64,000 nucleotides of DNA. It comes from Octopus sinensis (lineage: Eukaryota). The stretch covers positions 111,290,001 to 111,354,000 of the forward strand of contig NC_042998.1 of assembly GCF_006345805.1 (NCBI RefSeq), read 5' to 3'. Shown here piece after piece: positions 28,262-41,669 of the stretch. How positions within the stretch are numbered: position 1 is the first letter of the stretch; every line of letters begins with the position of its first letter. The notes under the pieces are model-generated. The model ran no database searches and was not told the DNA's origin. It saw only the letters and a program-made list of their open reading frames with translations. Made by a program: the position numbers and the translations under genes.

Positions 28262-30850
28262 ATAAACACTCTACCACTACAACTAATAAATGTTGGGAAC
28301 ACTTTCAAACCTGCCTTACATTCGAACCGGAATCTCAACGCCCGAGTTTTCCATCTCAAGTTAATCTCTCTCATGGATCTCATACAAAAAGGGCAAGTCA
28401 TTGGGCCCATACAATGTGACATGTACACAATCGAGTGGCAAAAAAGTGGCCTTCCACATGCTCATATCCTGCTTTGGCGCTCAGCGAAGATCAATTCCAA
28501 TAACATCGACAACATAATCTCTGCAGAGCTTCCTGATCCAGCTTTAGACAAAGAACTATACGAAATAGTTAAAGCAAACATGGTACATGGTCCACGTGGG
28601 TGTGGATTCAACATATACTCACCATGCTTGAAGGACAGCATATGTTGAATAAATTTCCAAGGAGGTTCCTACAAGAAACTCAGACAGGTGCTGATGGGTA
28701 TCCATCATACAGACGCAGAAAACCAGAAGACGGAGGTTTCACAGCAACTTTCGGACAGCACGATATGGATAATAGATGGATTGTTCCATACTGCCCACTC
28801 CTGTTAAAGACTTTCAATGCCCACATCAACGTTGAGTTTTGCAACTCCGTTAAATCCATCAAGTACGTTTGCAAATATGTAAACAAGGGTTCTGACGCTG
28901 CAATGTTTGGACTTCAACAAGAATACTGCCAGGATGAGGTGACGCATTATCAGGTGGGACGGTACATAAGTAGCAACGAGGCTTTCTGGCGCATCTTTGG
29001 ATTTCCAATTCACCATCGACACCCCGCCATTCAACAGCTTGCAGTGCACCTGGAAAATGGTCAAAGAGTGTACTTCACCGATGCTAATGCTTCTCTGTTG
29101 GCAGAGGAATCAAGGGATAGCACACTCACTGCATTCTTCAAGCTTTGTCAAGTGGATCCATTCGCTCAAACCTTGCTGTATCCACAGATTTCATCGTACT
29201 ACACTTGGAATGGAAAAAAATGGGCCCCACGGAATGCAGGTCAAAATGTTCATGGATACCCTGGCATTAAGTTTCACACTTGCCTTGGGCGAATATACAT
29301 AGTGCATCCCACTCAACAACAGTGCTTTTACCTTCGTCTACTACAGCATGGGGTCAGAGGGCCAACGTCTTTCCAGGCCTTAAAAACCGTTCAGGGACAT
29401 GTATGCACAACATACAGAGAAGCATGCTATCGACAAGGTCTGTTAGAAGATGGTGCACAATGGGATGCAACTTTAGGAGAGGCTGCTTTATCCCAATCAC
29501 CTAAAAGTCTCAGGGCACTATTTGCAGTATTACTACAGGCATGCGAACTGTGTGATCCGGTCACTCTATGGCTCAAATATAGAGACAACCTGGCTGAAGA
29601 CTTTCAGCGCCAAGCTCAACTGCTCTATCCTGACATGGAAGGTATCAGCAATGAAATCTATAACAAAACACTCATTGACATTGAAGACAGAATTTCTAAA
29701 CTGGGTGGAAATGAATTGTTGACGTATGGCCTGCCACAAGCATTCAGGTCAGGGTCAAATGCCTTCATGCAACATCAACAAAAGCTCAGATCAAGGACAA
29801 GTACTTAAAATGTGTCATCTAATTGTCTGGGATGGCGCACAAGGGAGCTTTGGAAGCATTAGATAGAGCCCTAAAAGATATCCGAGACTGTCAGGCTCCA
29901 AGGTGTTACGCTTCTGTTGTCAGGTAATTTCAGGCAAACTCTTCCTGTCATTCCGAAAGGCACTAGAGCAGATGAAGTCCAAGCATGCCTAAAGTCCTCT
30001 ACCCTGTGGCATCATGTTACAATCCTCAGTCTCACCACTAACACGAGAGCTCAGCTACACGGCGACAAAATGTCCACAAAGTTTGCACAGAACATTTTGA
30101 TACTTGGTGAAGGCAATGCCTCTCGATGCTGCAGGACAAATGGAAGTGTGGTCATTTTCCTCTGTTGTTAATTATGTAGACGACCTCAAAAACGAAGTCT
30201 TTCCCAACTTCACACAAAACTACCAAAATCACAATTGGCTGTGTGAAAGAGCAATATTAGCTCCAAAAAACGTCGCTGTTAACAAAATTAATCAACAGCT
30301 AATGCATTCTCTTCCCGGCACTATACACACTTACAAGTCTGTTGATACAATTCCGGATATAAATGAAATTGTGAATTATCCTCCTGAATTTCTCAATTCA
30401 CTGGAGCCTCCTGGACTACCTCCACACATAATAGCACTTAAAGTTGGAACTCCTGTAATGCTACTCCGCAATCTGGAACCACCAAGACTTTGCAATGGAA
30501 AACGACTGGTGATAAAGAAAATGAAGTCACACGTTATCGAGGTGATCATTCTTTCTGGATGTGGAAAAAGTGATGACGTCTTTATTCCAAGAATTTCTTT
30601 TACTCCATCAGGAGCAGAAATTCCATTTACATTCAGAAGACTGCAATTCCCCCTTCGTGTCAGCTCTGTCATGTTCATTAACAAATCTCAGGGTCAAACC
30701 CTCTCTGTAGCTGGTCTTCTCTTGGAAGAGCCCTGCTTCTCGCATGGGCAACTGTATGTTGGCTGCTCAAGAGTAGGAAACAAAAGAAACCTTTTTGTAT
30801 ATGCTCCACAAAGAAAAACAAGGAACATTGTTTACAACGAGGTGTTATAA
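28262..30850 (+). pseudogene. Helitron Rep/PIF1-helicase pseudogene
   Basis: HUH motif EWQKSGLPHAHILLW; Y2 motif KYVCKYVNKG; AVHLENGQRVYF; GNFRQTLPVIP; GTPVMLLRNL; INKSQGQTL; FSHGQLYVGCSRV. Frameshifts, and no Walker A (deletion near 29755). Confidence 0.95.
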
Positions 30851-30931
30851 TCTCATCAGCCAGGAGGTATATACATGATCCCCCTTTTAAAAAAAAAAAT
30901 TCATGTACTGTCATGCATTTATATATATATA

Positions 30932-31404
30932 CATGGAAAAATGCAAGCATGAAAAGTAATATTCTTAAGATTATAAACCTCGAAAAGTACGGGACAAGTT
31001 ATGACACCTGTAAACGTATAGGACAAAATACTACTTCAAGTAAAATAAAGAATAAGAAACTTTTTACTTAAAATATTGCACCAAAGAATGCCACTTCTTC
31101 TAATTTATCACTCTTCAGAGTTCTCATCTTTTATTGCGCAAAACTGTTCAGCTAATTTGCAAGTTTTTCTAATTAGTCACTATTTTCTGTATTTAAAGTA
31201 GTAAAGTAGCCAAATTGTACTTAAATATGTATAGTGTTATTTGAAACCTATAATAAAATAATTTTTAATATTCAAATTTTAATTTTAGCTGCAATATTTT
31301 AAGTAAAAAGTTTCTTATTCTTTACTTGAAGTAATAACTTGTCCTGTACTTTTCCAGGTTTATAATCTTAAGAATCTTATTTTTCATGCTTGCATTTTTC
31401 CATG
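30932..31404. repeat. AT-rich fold-back (MITE-like), arms ~30932-31080 and ~31290-31404
   Basis: CATGGAAAAATGCAAGCATGAAAA...TTTTCATGCTTGCATTTTTCCATG, with further paired blocks inside. Confidence 0.8.
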
Positions 31405-31449
31405 CAATCCATGATTTTTCCAGACATTGCTGTTATAAGATAAGTGATA

Positions 31450-31866
31450 GGCGTAGGAGTGGCTGCGTGGTAAGTAGCTTGCTAACCAACCACATGGTCC
31501 CGGGTTCAGTCCCACTGCGTGGCATCTTGGGCAAGTGTCTTCTACTATAGCCCCGGGCCGACCAATGCCTTGTGAGTGGATTTGGTAGACGGAAACTGAA
31601 AGAAGCCTGTCGTATATATGTATATATATATATGTATGTATGTATGTGTGTGTTTGTGTGTCTGCTGTGTTTGTCCCCCTAGCATTGCTTGACAACCGAT
31701 GCTGGTGTGTTTACGTCCCCGTAACTTAGCGGTTCGGCAAAAGAGACCGATAGATTAAGTACTGGGCTTACAAAGAATAAGTCCCGGGGTCGAGTTGCTC
31801 GACTAAAGGCGGTGCTCCAGCATGGCCGCAGTCAAAATGACTGAAACAAGTAAAAGAAAGAAAGAA
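31450..31866 (+). mobile_element. Full-length tRNA-derived CORE-like SINE
   Basis: A box TGGCTGCGTGGTAAG, B box GGGTTCAGTCCC, CORE-like gtggcatcttgggcaagtgtcttctact, internal microsatellite, (AAAG)n tail. Confidence 0.9.
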
Positions 31867-32807
31867 ATGTGTCAATAATTTAAGATTTTACCTTATAAAA
31901 TACTGAAAAATAATATTTCAATTTATCCATATTGAATTTAAATATATGTTGTGATTGAATTATTTGATATTATCCATCTACACCAAATTTATGGCAGGGA
32001 TTTTTACCATGTTGTTCGTTACACCATGGATCACCAAAAATTACAAACGACAAGATCTCAAAACGATCAGTTACCAGGCTCACCGTAAGTAACCTAATTT
32101 TGCAATATTAGGAGGTCACAGGAACTCATTCAACGAAAAAACATTTCCATCGATTCCGGAATTGGGAGGGTGAGCCCCACCTATTTTTATCCGAACAAAA
32201 ATAAGGGATTTGCAGCACATTAGGAGGTCAAGGTCTTGATTCCACGCAAAAAATCTTTTTGTTTCTTAGTGAAAATCGTGCGGGTGTTAATATAGAAATT
32301 GACTATAATGTTGTTATTTAGCCTCAAATCAACCCTGATACTGAAAACGTATCAATCAAAGACATTCCAGCCTTCAGCAAACCGTCTTTTTAGGGATAAT
32401 CTAGGACATTACATACAATGGGCGTGTGATTTAGGTAGGGGGCTACTTTGGCTGCTATTTTTAACGTGTTGAGCGACCAGGTAGAGGCTCTTTCATTGGT
32501 TCGATTGCGTGATAAGATTTTTTTTATACATTTATGTAATATGTATATATATCATGGCAGAAGTTACAGAGTAAGTCAAAAACTGAGAGTTTCGTGTATT
32601 GGCACTTATCAAACACGAATTTGTCCATTCTCACTCTGTAGCTTTAGACGAAATAACTTCTAAAGTACAAAATTTTATCCAAAACGTTAAGAGTAAACCC
32701 TGTTCTATGTGACACATTCTACCAGTAACGGAAGTTTGAAAGTGTTTAGTTAAAAAAAAAATTAATTAAAAAGACACACACAATATGGTCAAATCATCAT
32801 ATTGTCT

Positions 32808-33748
32808 CAAACATTTTTGAAAATTTTCCCCAAAAACTTTTTAAAAACTTTCTGAAAATTTTCCTCAAAAATTATTGAAAATTTTCCCCAAAAATTTTTT
32901 TTTAATTTTTTGAAAATTTTCCAGCCAAAAATGTTTGAAAAATTTTTTGAAAATTTTCCCCAAGAATTTTTGAAAAATTTTTGGAAAATTTTCCCCCAAA
33001 ATTTTTCAAGAATTTTATGAAAATTATTCCCATAAATTTTCGAAAAATTTTTGAAAAGTTTTTCGAAAATTTTCTCCAAAATTTTAGAAAAATTTTCTCC
33101 AAAATTTTGGAAAAATTTTTTGAAAATTTTCCCTAAAAATTTTCCCCAAAAATTTTTGAAAAATTTTTGGAAAATTTTCCCCCAAAATTTTTCAAGAATT
33201 TTATGAAAATTATTCCCATAAATTTTCGAAAAATTTTTGAAAATTTTACCCAAAAATTTTTGAAAAATTTTTGGAAAATTTTCCCCCAAAATTTTTCAAG
33301 AATTTTATGAAAATTATTCCCATAAATTTTCGAAAAATTTTTGAAAAGTTTTTCGAAAATTTTCAAAAATTAGAAAAATTTTCTCCAAAATTTTGGAAAA
33401 ATTTTTTTGAAAATTTTCCCTAAAAATTTTTCCAAAAATTTTTGAAAAGTTTTTCGAAAATTTTCTCCAAAATTTTAGAAAAATTTTCTCCAAAATTTTA
33501 GAAAAATTTTTTGAAAATTTTCCCTAAAAATTTTTCCAAAAATTTTTTGAAAATTTTACCCAAAAATTTTTGAAAAATTTTTGGAAAATTTTTGAAAAGT
33601 TTTTCGAAAATTTTCCCCAGAATTTAGGAAAAATTTTTTGAAGATTTTTTGAAAATTTTCCCCCCAAATTTTTTTTTAATATTTAAAAATTTTCCCCAAA
33701 AAATTTTTGAAAAGTTTTTCGAAAATTTTCCCCAAACATTTTTGAAAA
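32808..33748. repeat. A-tract/T-tract satellite (~11-12-bp units such as GAAAATTTTCCC / CAAAAATTTTT) with higher-order duplications
   Basis: About 940 bp of alternating A4-5T4-6 blocks. The block tttcaagaattttatgaaaattattcccataaattttcg occurs three times. Confidence 0.95.
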
Positions 33749-34683
33749 TGTGAGAGAGGGAGAGAGAGAGTAAGTGACGACCTTCATAAAATGTATAAAT
33801 GTTTTGTCTTTTCTTAAACACGAGATAGAGTGTTCAAATTTAGGATGTTTTTAAAAGACACTATATTTTATATTCATTGTATATATACTTTCTCACACAA
33901 CAATTACAATATATTTATTTTAAATCATTTATTTATTTAAAATCTTTCATCTTTCTCCCCCCTCTCTCTCACACACATTACCTTGGGTGCGAAAGAGTTT
34001 TGTTTTTATTTTAAGCCGAGTAAAAAAGTGTTTTGTTGACAATCCATTTATTTAACAACAAAGAAACAAAGAGGTGAGTAGCAATTTGTCAGTGAATTGC
34101 AAAATATAAATGGGTACAATTTCCGATGCTTCCACCACACCCACTCCTTTTCACGGACCACAAAAAGGGTTGTGTAGCATATTAAGAGGCCAGAGTAGTT
34201 GATTCCACGCAAAAAAAAGCGATTATTTTTCTTAGTGAAAATCGTGCGAGTGTTAATCTACAAATTTAACAACATTTTCCCATTCATTTCTGTTTATGAA
34301 CATGTATGCATGCACAAAACATGCAATAGGTGTACGTACATGTGTGTTCGTGTCTGTTGCCCATATATATTTATATTATATTATATATATATAATATATA
34401 TAATATATATATATATAATATAAGCAATTTCAACGGATTTTGCCCAAATTTGACGTCGATATTACTTAGTTTGGTTTGAAATAAAGAACTTGATTAGCTT
34501 TATAATCGTAACTTAATCCCGGGCAAGGCCGGGTTATACAGCTAGTATATATAATTCATTTGATAAGTGGTATCATATATTTTTACAATTCTGTAAATAA
34601 TAATGATGATGATGATGATGATGATGGTGATATTTTCATAAGCTTAAAGCTGATAAGCGATCAGTTGGCTCAAGAAAATAGTC

Positions 34684-34913
34684 TAATATTGGGGTATATA
34701 AGCCCTGGATGGAAAAAAAATGGGTTTCCCGTAAGCGTGGGACTCGAACCCACACCTCTCTGTTTTCGCGACAAGTTTGCCAAGTGTAAAAAGCGTGCTA
34801 GCTTTAACAAATGTGGCAAGCACACTTGTCGCGAAATTAGAGGTATTGGATCCAGTCCTACATGTACGGGGAACACATTTTTTCCTGTCGAGGGCTTATA
34901 TGCCATAATATTA
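34684..34913. repeat. Imperfect hairpin built from two inverted tRNA-3'-half-containing repeats
   Basis: Left arm (on -) AGAGGTGTGGGTTCGAGTCCCAC; right arm AGAGGTATTGGATCCAGTCCTAC. Flanks tatataagccct / agggcttatat pair. Confidence 0.7.
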
Positions 34914-35216
34914 AACTTCAAAGTATTTTGATATTAAAGACAGTAAGCGAGGGTCGAGATCTGCGCATCCACGTATATACCATTGACAAACATATATGTA
35001 TAACCCCATGCATATATAGACATATCTTCTCACTTATACATACTTGCACATGCATGCACAAATATACACATTTGTATAGATATGCATGTGCATGAAATTA
35101 TATACATATGCACACCGGCCTGCAGTTTCAAGATCCAATCTAAGTTCTAAATCCAACATAGGGAAGGTTCCAGGAATGAAGTTTATGTGAAATAAGAATA
35201 GAAATGAGTTAAAGGT

Positions 35217-35276
35217 TCACTACAGCTGTTACCGACGCGTTTTCCGATTGTATCATGAAAAAAACGTTTCAGGTGA
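35217..35276 (-). ncRNA. Degenerate type I hammerhead relic
   Basis: Reverse complement TCAC-CTGAAAC-GTTTT...AAAACGCGTCG-GTAAC-AGCT-GTA-GTGA. Stem I and palindromic ACAGCTGT are kept; the core is mutated. Confidence 0.45.
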
Positions 35277-36195
35277 ATTAAAAATTTAGAAATTTGGGTC
35301 GGAGGAAAAAGCCCTTTCATTTAGACAACAATGAATATAAATGTGTGGGTATTTACATGTGTGTGTGTACGCGTGTGTGGTGAGAATCTTACTTCCTAAC
35401 CCATGGTTCGGGGTTCAGTCTCACAGAGTGGCCCTTTGGGTGTCTTCGAGCAAACCATCGAGCAAACCAAAGCCTTGTAAGTGAATTTGGTAGCCAGAAA
35501 CTGAGAGAAGCCCACTGTACGCGTGTGTGTGTGTTTTGACGTGTGTGTGTCTAACCATGTATCTCTCTCTCCCTCTTTCTCCCTCCCTCTCTCGCCCCTC
35601 TCTCTTCCTCTTTTTCTCTCTCTCTCTCTCTCTCCCTCTCTCTGCGTAAGTTTCCTTTTATTTCATTCTGGTATAAGCGCATGCGTATATTTGCATACTT
35701 TTTCTAAATTTTTATACTGATCTTTCCACTGGCATTAGCATGAACTTCATTCCTAACGTCTATATGATCTGAAAATGTAATTTTCCCCAATTAAATGCGC
35801 TTCATATTCGAGACTGGGATGAAGCTATAAGATGTTATCCAAGCACTCAACTACGAGTCCACCACATCTCACAGTAGAAGCAGCTGTAAGCAAATGATAT
35901 TCACAACATGACCTTGTTTTTTCCTCCAGTGTTGTCTCTGTGTTCCTCTTACAACTGTATACTAATCTAACACTGTGTTCTGGAACATATGTATATTGAG
36001 TTCTACACCAGGTTATTAGTTTCGCTAAGTGAAAGCTAAATATTAATGCGTGTGTGTTTGCATATTTGCGTGTTCATTTCTAGATATTGTCTCGAAGAAA
36101 TATAAAACAATTATAGATTAGTACTTCCTAGATTCTGACTCTTTCTCTAGTTCGAGGCTACTGAATACTGTTTGTAGCTGTCCAGTTAATCTGTT

Positions 36196-36670
<475 letters not shown>

Positions 36671-36675
36671 TTTTT

Positions 36676-38050
36676 TCTCATTCTGTTTTTGTCCATTCTA
36701 TGGAGGATTTTTTTCTTTTTCCATTGTTATTATGTTCGACAGTGTTGTGTCTACTTTCTTTCTAAACAACGTATGCTTCTACTACAGAAGGGATTAGATT
36801 ATTCAAGTTGTTAATATAAAACAATTTATAAAGACTGCAGTTTCGGTGGCTGCCGTTGTTTTTGTTTTGAAGAATCTGTATTTATTCACCAAAGTCAAAT
36901 ATTCTACATACTTCTATTTAACTAAGAGGATATTTTAACGCCTGCATTGTGCCGGGATTTCGGCTAGAATTTGGAAACTGTCAACCACGTCTTTTATCGT
37001 GTTACTTTTTAGCTATTGTCGACCCTGTTTAATGATCTATTCTAGTTGTCATCCCTTATCCCTTGTGCATTTTCATCGCTTCGAATATTTGATTTTCATC
37101 GCCACACGCACGCGCGCACAAGCATTGGTAGTTCTTTATTTGATTTGATTTTTTCCTTTTTGCATTCAATTCGCCAAGTAAAAACAGACTTTTTTAATTC
37201 TGTTTTTGTCCATTCTATGGAAGAATTTTTTTCTTTTTACATTGTTATTATGTTCAACAGTGTTGTGTCTGCTTTCTTTTTATCCTACTTCTGCTTCTAC
37301 TACGGAAGGGATTAGATTATTCACGTTGTTAATATTCATGTTGCTTCTGTGGACAGAATTCCTTGCAAAGCTCTTACTTTGATCCATATTCATCCATTAT
37401 ATTACGTTCTTTTAATTTTTTATTGTTTCTGTTCGCTTGCTGATGTTAAAACTCATTGATATGGTTTTTATTCTGTTTATGGTTAACAGTGGAATCAAGT
37501 GTGTATTTTTATTGTGCTAGCGTATTTTGTTCAAAGTTTCCATGGGGACTTCTATGATCTTAATCATTTTGGATTTTAGTTCCTTTCGTTGGCTGTTATT
37601 TGTATTTCCTTTTAATACTTTTTGTTTCTACATGTTATGGGTACTATGGTAATTTCAGTATGTTTTGAGGGCCTATTTACTGTTTATGTTGTCGTTTTTG
37701 TCGTCTTATTTTCTTTGTTGTGCTAACTTATGTGTTTTGTGTCAGATGGATTCTTTCGTGATGCTTTTATTGGTTTAAGGGAGCTGCTCGTGTTTGTATG
37801 AGGTCGGTTATATTTTCTGCTTTTATATTCTTGCGTGTATTTTTTTCTGAGTTGTTCTATTTTTGCTTCTGGGATATTTTTGTTGCTTATTAAGAAAATT
37901 CGTGCATTTGATAGCATGATTTGATTATTTTCTTCACTTCGCTTTTTGACTCCACCAATCGGGTTTTTTTCATAGGGATCGTGTGTATCGGATATAATAT
38001 CGATGTATAATTTTAGTGTAACATTTCAATATTTTATCGATTTGTCCATC
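36676..38050 (-). mobile_element. Decayed N-terminal region of an R4/Dong-like element with a ~140-bp direct duplication (36678-36815 / 37197-37335)
   Basis: MLSNARIFLISNKNIPEAKIEQL resembles LANVRRDIFRNNRLTDSEI of the 48805 ORF. The duplication is directly visible. Confidence 0.5.
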
Positions 38051-38735
38051 GTGCTCTTATCTTCTTAGGAGGTATAGAACGGATCTTTTGGTTGCGAGTT
38101 AACCACTTATAAAGACACAATTTCTAAACCTCACCAAACTTTAGTTCCGCATTGAATTCCCATTAAGCTCACGACACAATATTCGTCGGACACCCTTGGT
38201 CTGACGGATATGACTTTCATCATAATTTACCTTTATTAAAAACAAAAACATTTATGAACAGTGTTTGGTTTATTTTAAGTTGTCTTGGCTATATTTTTAC
38301 GTCGTTATTTCACAGTTCATAATTTGTGCACACGTTTTATAAGATTTTTACAACATGTTTTGTGTGTAATTATCACATTTATGACGTAAGATAGGAGCTG
38401 TGTTTGCTGGAGATATTTATTTAGTCATTTCCATCCTTTGGTTTTAATTATTAGATTTAATATATCTTTTTATATAGCTCATGACTTAATTCAGAATTTC
38501 TGGAAGCCTCAATGACGGCGAGTGAAATGAGGTGAGAATATCTTGTTTCTGTTAAGCAGACAAAAATAGTTGAGAATCTTACTGGTTTGTTTCAGGAGAT
38601 TTGCACATCAAATATGTACCATTAGTGTGAAACAAAAAAGCTTTGAATATATATTGCTAAACACACACACACACACACACACATACACGCTTACACACAA
38701 ACACGCGCACTTACGCGCAGACTAAATAGATAGAC

Positions 38736-38820
<85 letters not shown>

Positions 38821-39644
38821 TCGACATATTTCAGTGGCGTTTTCAGAGTATGTTATAGCATTAACACCCATCTTTATTTGCATATATGTTAATCGGTAAC
38901 GAAAAATGTTAGACCATTGACATGTATTAATACGGAAGTCAATGAAATTGAGAATACCTGCATCAATAATATAGATGTATATACTCCACAGTTGTTGATT
39001 AGAAGGCTTTAGCTGTAGAGAAAGGGCACAGAGTGAGAGAGAGAGAAGGGAAGTGAGAGAGAGGGAAAGAGGGATAAGGGGAGAAAGGGAGAGGGGAGAG
39101 AGGGGAGTGAGGAGAGAGAGGAGAGAGAGCGGAGGGACATAGAGGGAGGGAGAGAGGGGGAGTGAGATGATGGTGGTGGAGGTGGTGGTGGTAATTGCAT
39201 AGTGAAAAGTACATATTTTTTAATTGAACTCACCTGTCACTTAACGCATGCGCATAAGTGCTATTCCGTGAAATATTCACTCTTATTTACGTGGCAGATA
39301 TATGCAACTTAACTAAAGGTTGTACCATATGTACTGGATATCTTTTTTATTTATGGGGAAAATAGAAAAATAAGAGCGCATATTTATTTTATGAGTGCTG
39401 TGTATCAAGTCAATAAAATTGTGAATAGAGTATATAAAGTGTACATATAAAGTGCATTAAGTAATCATCGTATTTCAATTTCTTTCACTTTCAGTGAGTA
39501 GCAGATGAGCGGCTATTATTCCATACAGACAGAACACAGACTACGCTTTCAGGCTTTCGGATAAAATTTTCAGAAATAACCCAATAGTTTTACCATTAAT
39601 TCCGTGAAATATTCACGGGTTCCGCTAATAATAATAATAACAAT

Positions 39645-39862
39645 AATCCTTTCTACTATAAGCACACGGCCTGAAATTTGGGGGAAGAGACTAGTCGATT
39701 ACATCGACCCAAGTGTTTTTCACTGTTACTTAATTTATCGACCCCGTAAGGATGGAAGTCAAACTCGACGTCGGCGGAATTTGAACTCAGAGCATAGCGA
39801 CGAGCAAAATACCGCTAAGCATTTCGTCCAGCATGCTAAAGTTTCTGCCATTTCGCCGCCTT
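39645..39862 (-). mobile_element. tRNA-derived SINE with Meta-like central domain
   Basis: Reverse complement ggcggcgaaatggcagaaac...gagttcaaattccgccg...catccttacggggtcgataaattaagt. Confidence 0.85.
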
Positions 39863-39875
39863 CAATAATAATGAT

Positions 39876-40222
39876 ATCAAGTTATCCCATAAGTTCTGTC
39901 CGATTTTACTATTTTTAAATTGAATGAAATTTAAAAGTATTTTAGAATGTCTAATGGAATTAAAAATTATTTTTAGGCATTTGTGTACGTTTAAACTAAT
40001 TAAATATTATTTTACAGAATGATAGAATTAAAATTTCTTTGATTAAAACCCTTTCTAACACGGAAGTATCCAAAGAGCATTTAAGGCACATAATGCTGTA
40101 TGAGTACAAAAAAGGAAACTCTGCCGCCGAAGCGACTCGAAACATACACTCAGTTTATGGAAAAGAATGCTTGAATGAAAAGAACTTGCAGAAGATGGTT
40201 TGCAAAATTGAGAAGTGGAGAT
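39876..40222 (+). mobile_element. mariner (Mos1/Hsmar1-like) 5' fragment: TIR plus HTH
   Basis: TIR-like tatcaagttatcccataagttctgtccgattt; EHLRHIMLYEYKKGNSAAEATRNIHSVYG; frameshifted RTCRRWFAKLRSGD. Confidence 0.85.
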
Positions 40223-40292
40223 TTATTATTATTATCATTATTATTAATTTTATTGTTACTATTGTTGTTGTCGTCGTTGTCGTTGTTGTTGT

Positions 40293-40479
40293 TGCCTTTG
40301 GACAGCTTCTAACGCTGGAAATGTAATAGAGTGTCAGCTGTTCACTACCAGTGAACGAGGGTAACACCTCTTATTTTTCGAGCACCTTCCGGATTATTCG
40401 AGTGGTTCCAAGCAGTGCTGTTTTCTGCAAGTGCTCCACCCTTATTGCAGCCCCTATTTGTTCCACATTATTATTATTC

Positions 40480-40529
<50 letters not shown>

Positions 40530-40627
40530 GATAGTCTTCCATACATCTGGATAGAGGAATGCCAGGAGACAGTCAATATTATTATTATTATTATTATTAT
40601 TATATTATTATTATTATTATTATTATT

Positions 40628-40659
<32 letters not shown>

Positions 40660-40707
40660 TATTATTGTTATTATTATTATTATCATTATTATTATTATTA
40701 TTATCAT

Positions 40708-40760
<53 letters not shown>

Positions 40761-41640
40761 TGTAATCTTATTTTTATCACGTGCTTTCACTGCACTACCG
40801 ATCGCAGTTTTCCATGCCTTGGGTATGTGCCATGGTTCGTTTTTGTGTTACTAGTTTCACTGTATTCAAAGCGTGTGTGCAGTGTCTAGGAGTGCTATTT
40901 TTTGTGTGTTATATATATATTCGTAAATCCTGGTGGTTTGGGTATGTAGTTATTTGTGCGTATTTTAAGCATACCTTACTATTGATATTATAAGGATTGA
41001 TCTTGTCTTTAGGTTCCACATTCGGGTTATCTCTATTTTCAGGTTACTTCATTGAAGTGGTCTGTGTTTAGAATTTATATTATTTTCAAGAGCTTCATGA
41101 CATGAAAGAAATATTTCCTGGTTATTGAAATAATTTTGAATGTCTCCTGGTATTCCTCTATTCAGATGTACGGAAGGCTATCAAAAAGGATTTTGTAGTT
41201 TATCCAGATTATTGAAAGATACTGTTCCAGATGTGACAACCATCAGGAATCATTTTGTTGATTAACATTTGAACCTTGCGTCCATATGATCCAAGTTTAC
41301 AGTTTTTTAATTTATCGAAGGAAATGTTAATAAGGAACGTATGCGTGCGTTCCAGTTGTACAGCTTCAAGAATCTTGTATACAGTTCAAAGGCATATCGT
41401 AAATACATATTGCTTAGGGAATCTTATGCCTTCCTTTCAGGGGTGCAAAAAAAGTAATACTCTTGATCAGCCATTCTGTGGTCATTCGTGGTTCCTTCAT
41501 AAGTATGTTGTAACGCTAAGTTAGCTTGTTATACAATATTGTATAAATACTAAGCTGATTTGGGAGAATTTTATTCTTACCAGGTAACTACAGGAATAAA
41601 ATAAGAGATCCTTTCTCACTTTCTTCCTTGTTTATAATGG
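40293..41640 (-). mobile_element. Two decayed R4/Dong-like 3' fragments separated by (ATT)n/(AGT)n tracts
   Basis: VEHLQKTALLGTTRIIRKVLEK* (40370-40468) and QKIALLDTAH (~40875-40905). Further RT-like remnants extend to ~41640. Confidence 0.7.
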
Positions 41641-41669
41641 GCTGTGTAAATGAACATGGACTGAAGTAA

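Larger units (their letters stand above)
27076..34545 (+). mobile_element. Helitron (composite, internally deleted, with nested insertions)
   Basis: 5' A|TCTATATATATATAAAACTGAGAATGTTTGTCTGTC. 3' hairpin CCCGGGCAAGGCCGGG (34518-34533) followed by CTAG|T at 34542-34545. Rep/helicase remnants lie between. That both termini belong to one element is inferred. Confidence 0.75.

Noticed and set aside
32807-33821. K/F-rich amphipathic peptide ORFs
   Set aside because: By-product of the A/T-tract satellite, which is open in several frames.
34725-34762. tRNA gene
   Set aside because: Only a T-arm/3' half is recognisable. No complete cloverleaf.
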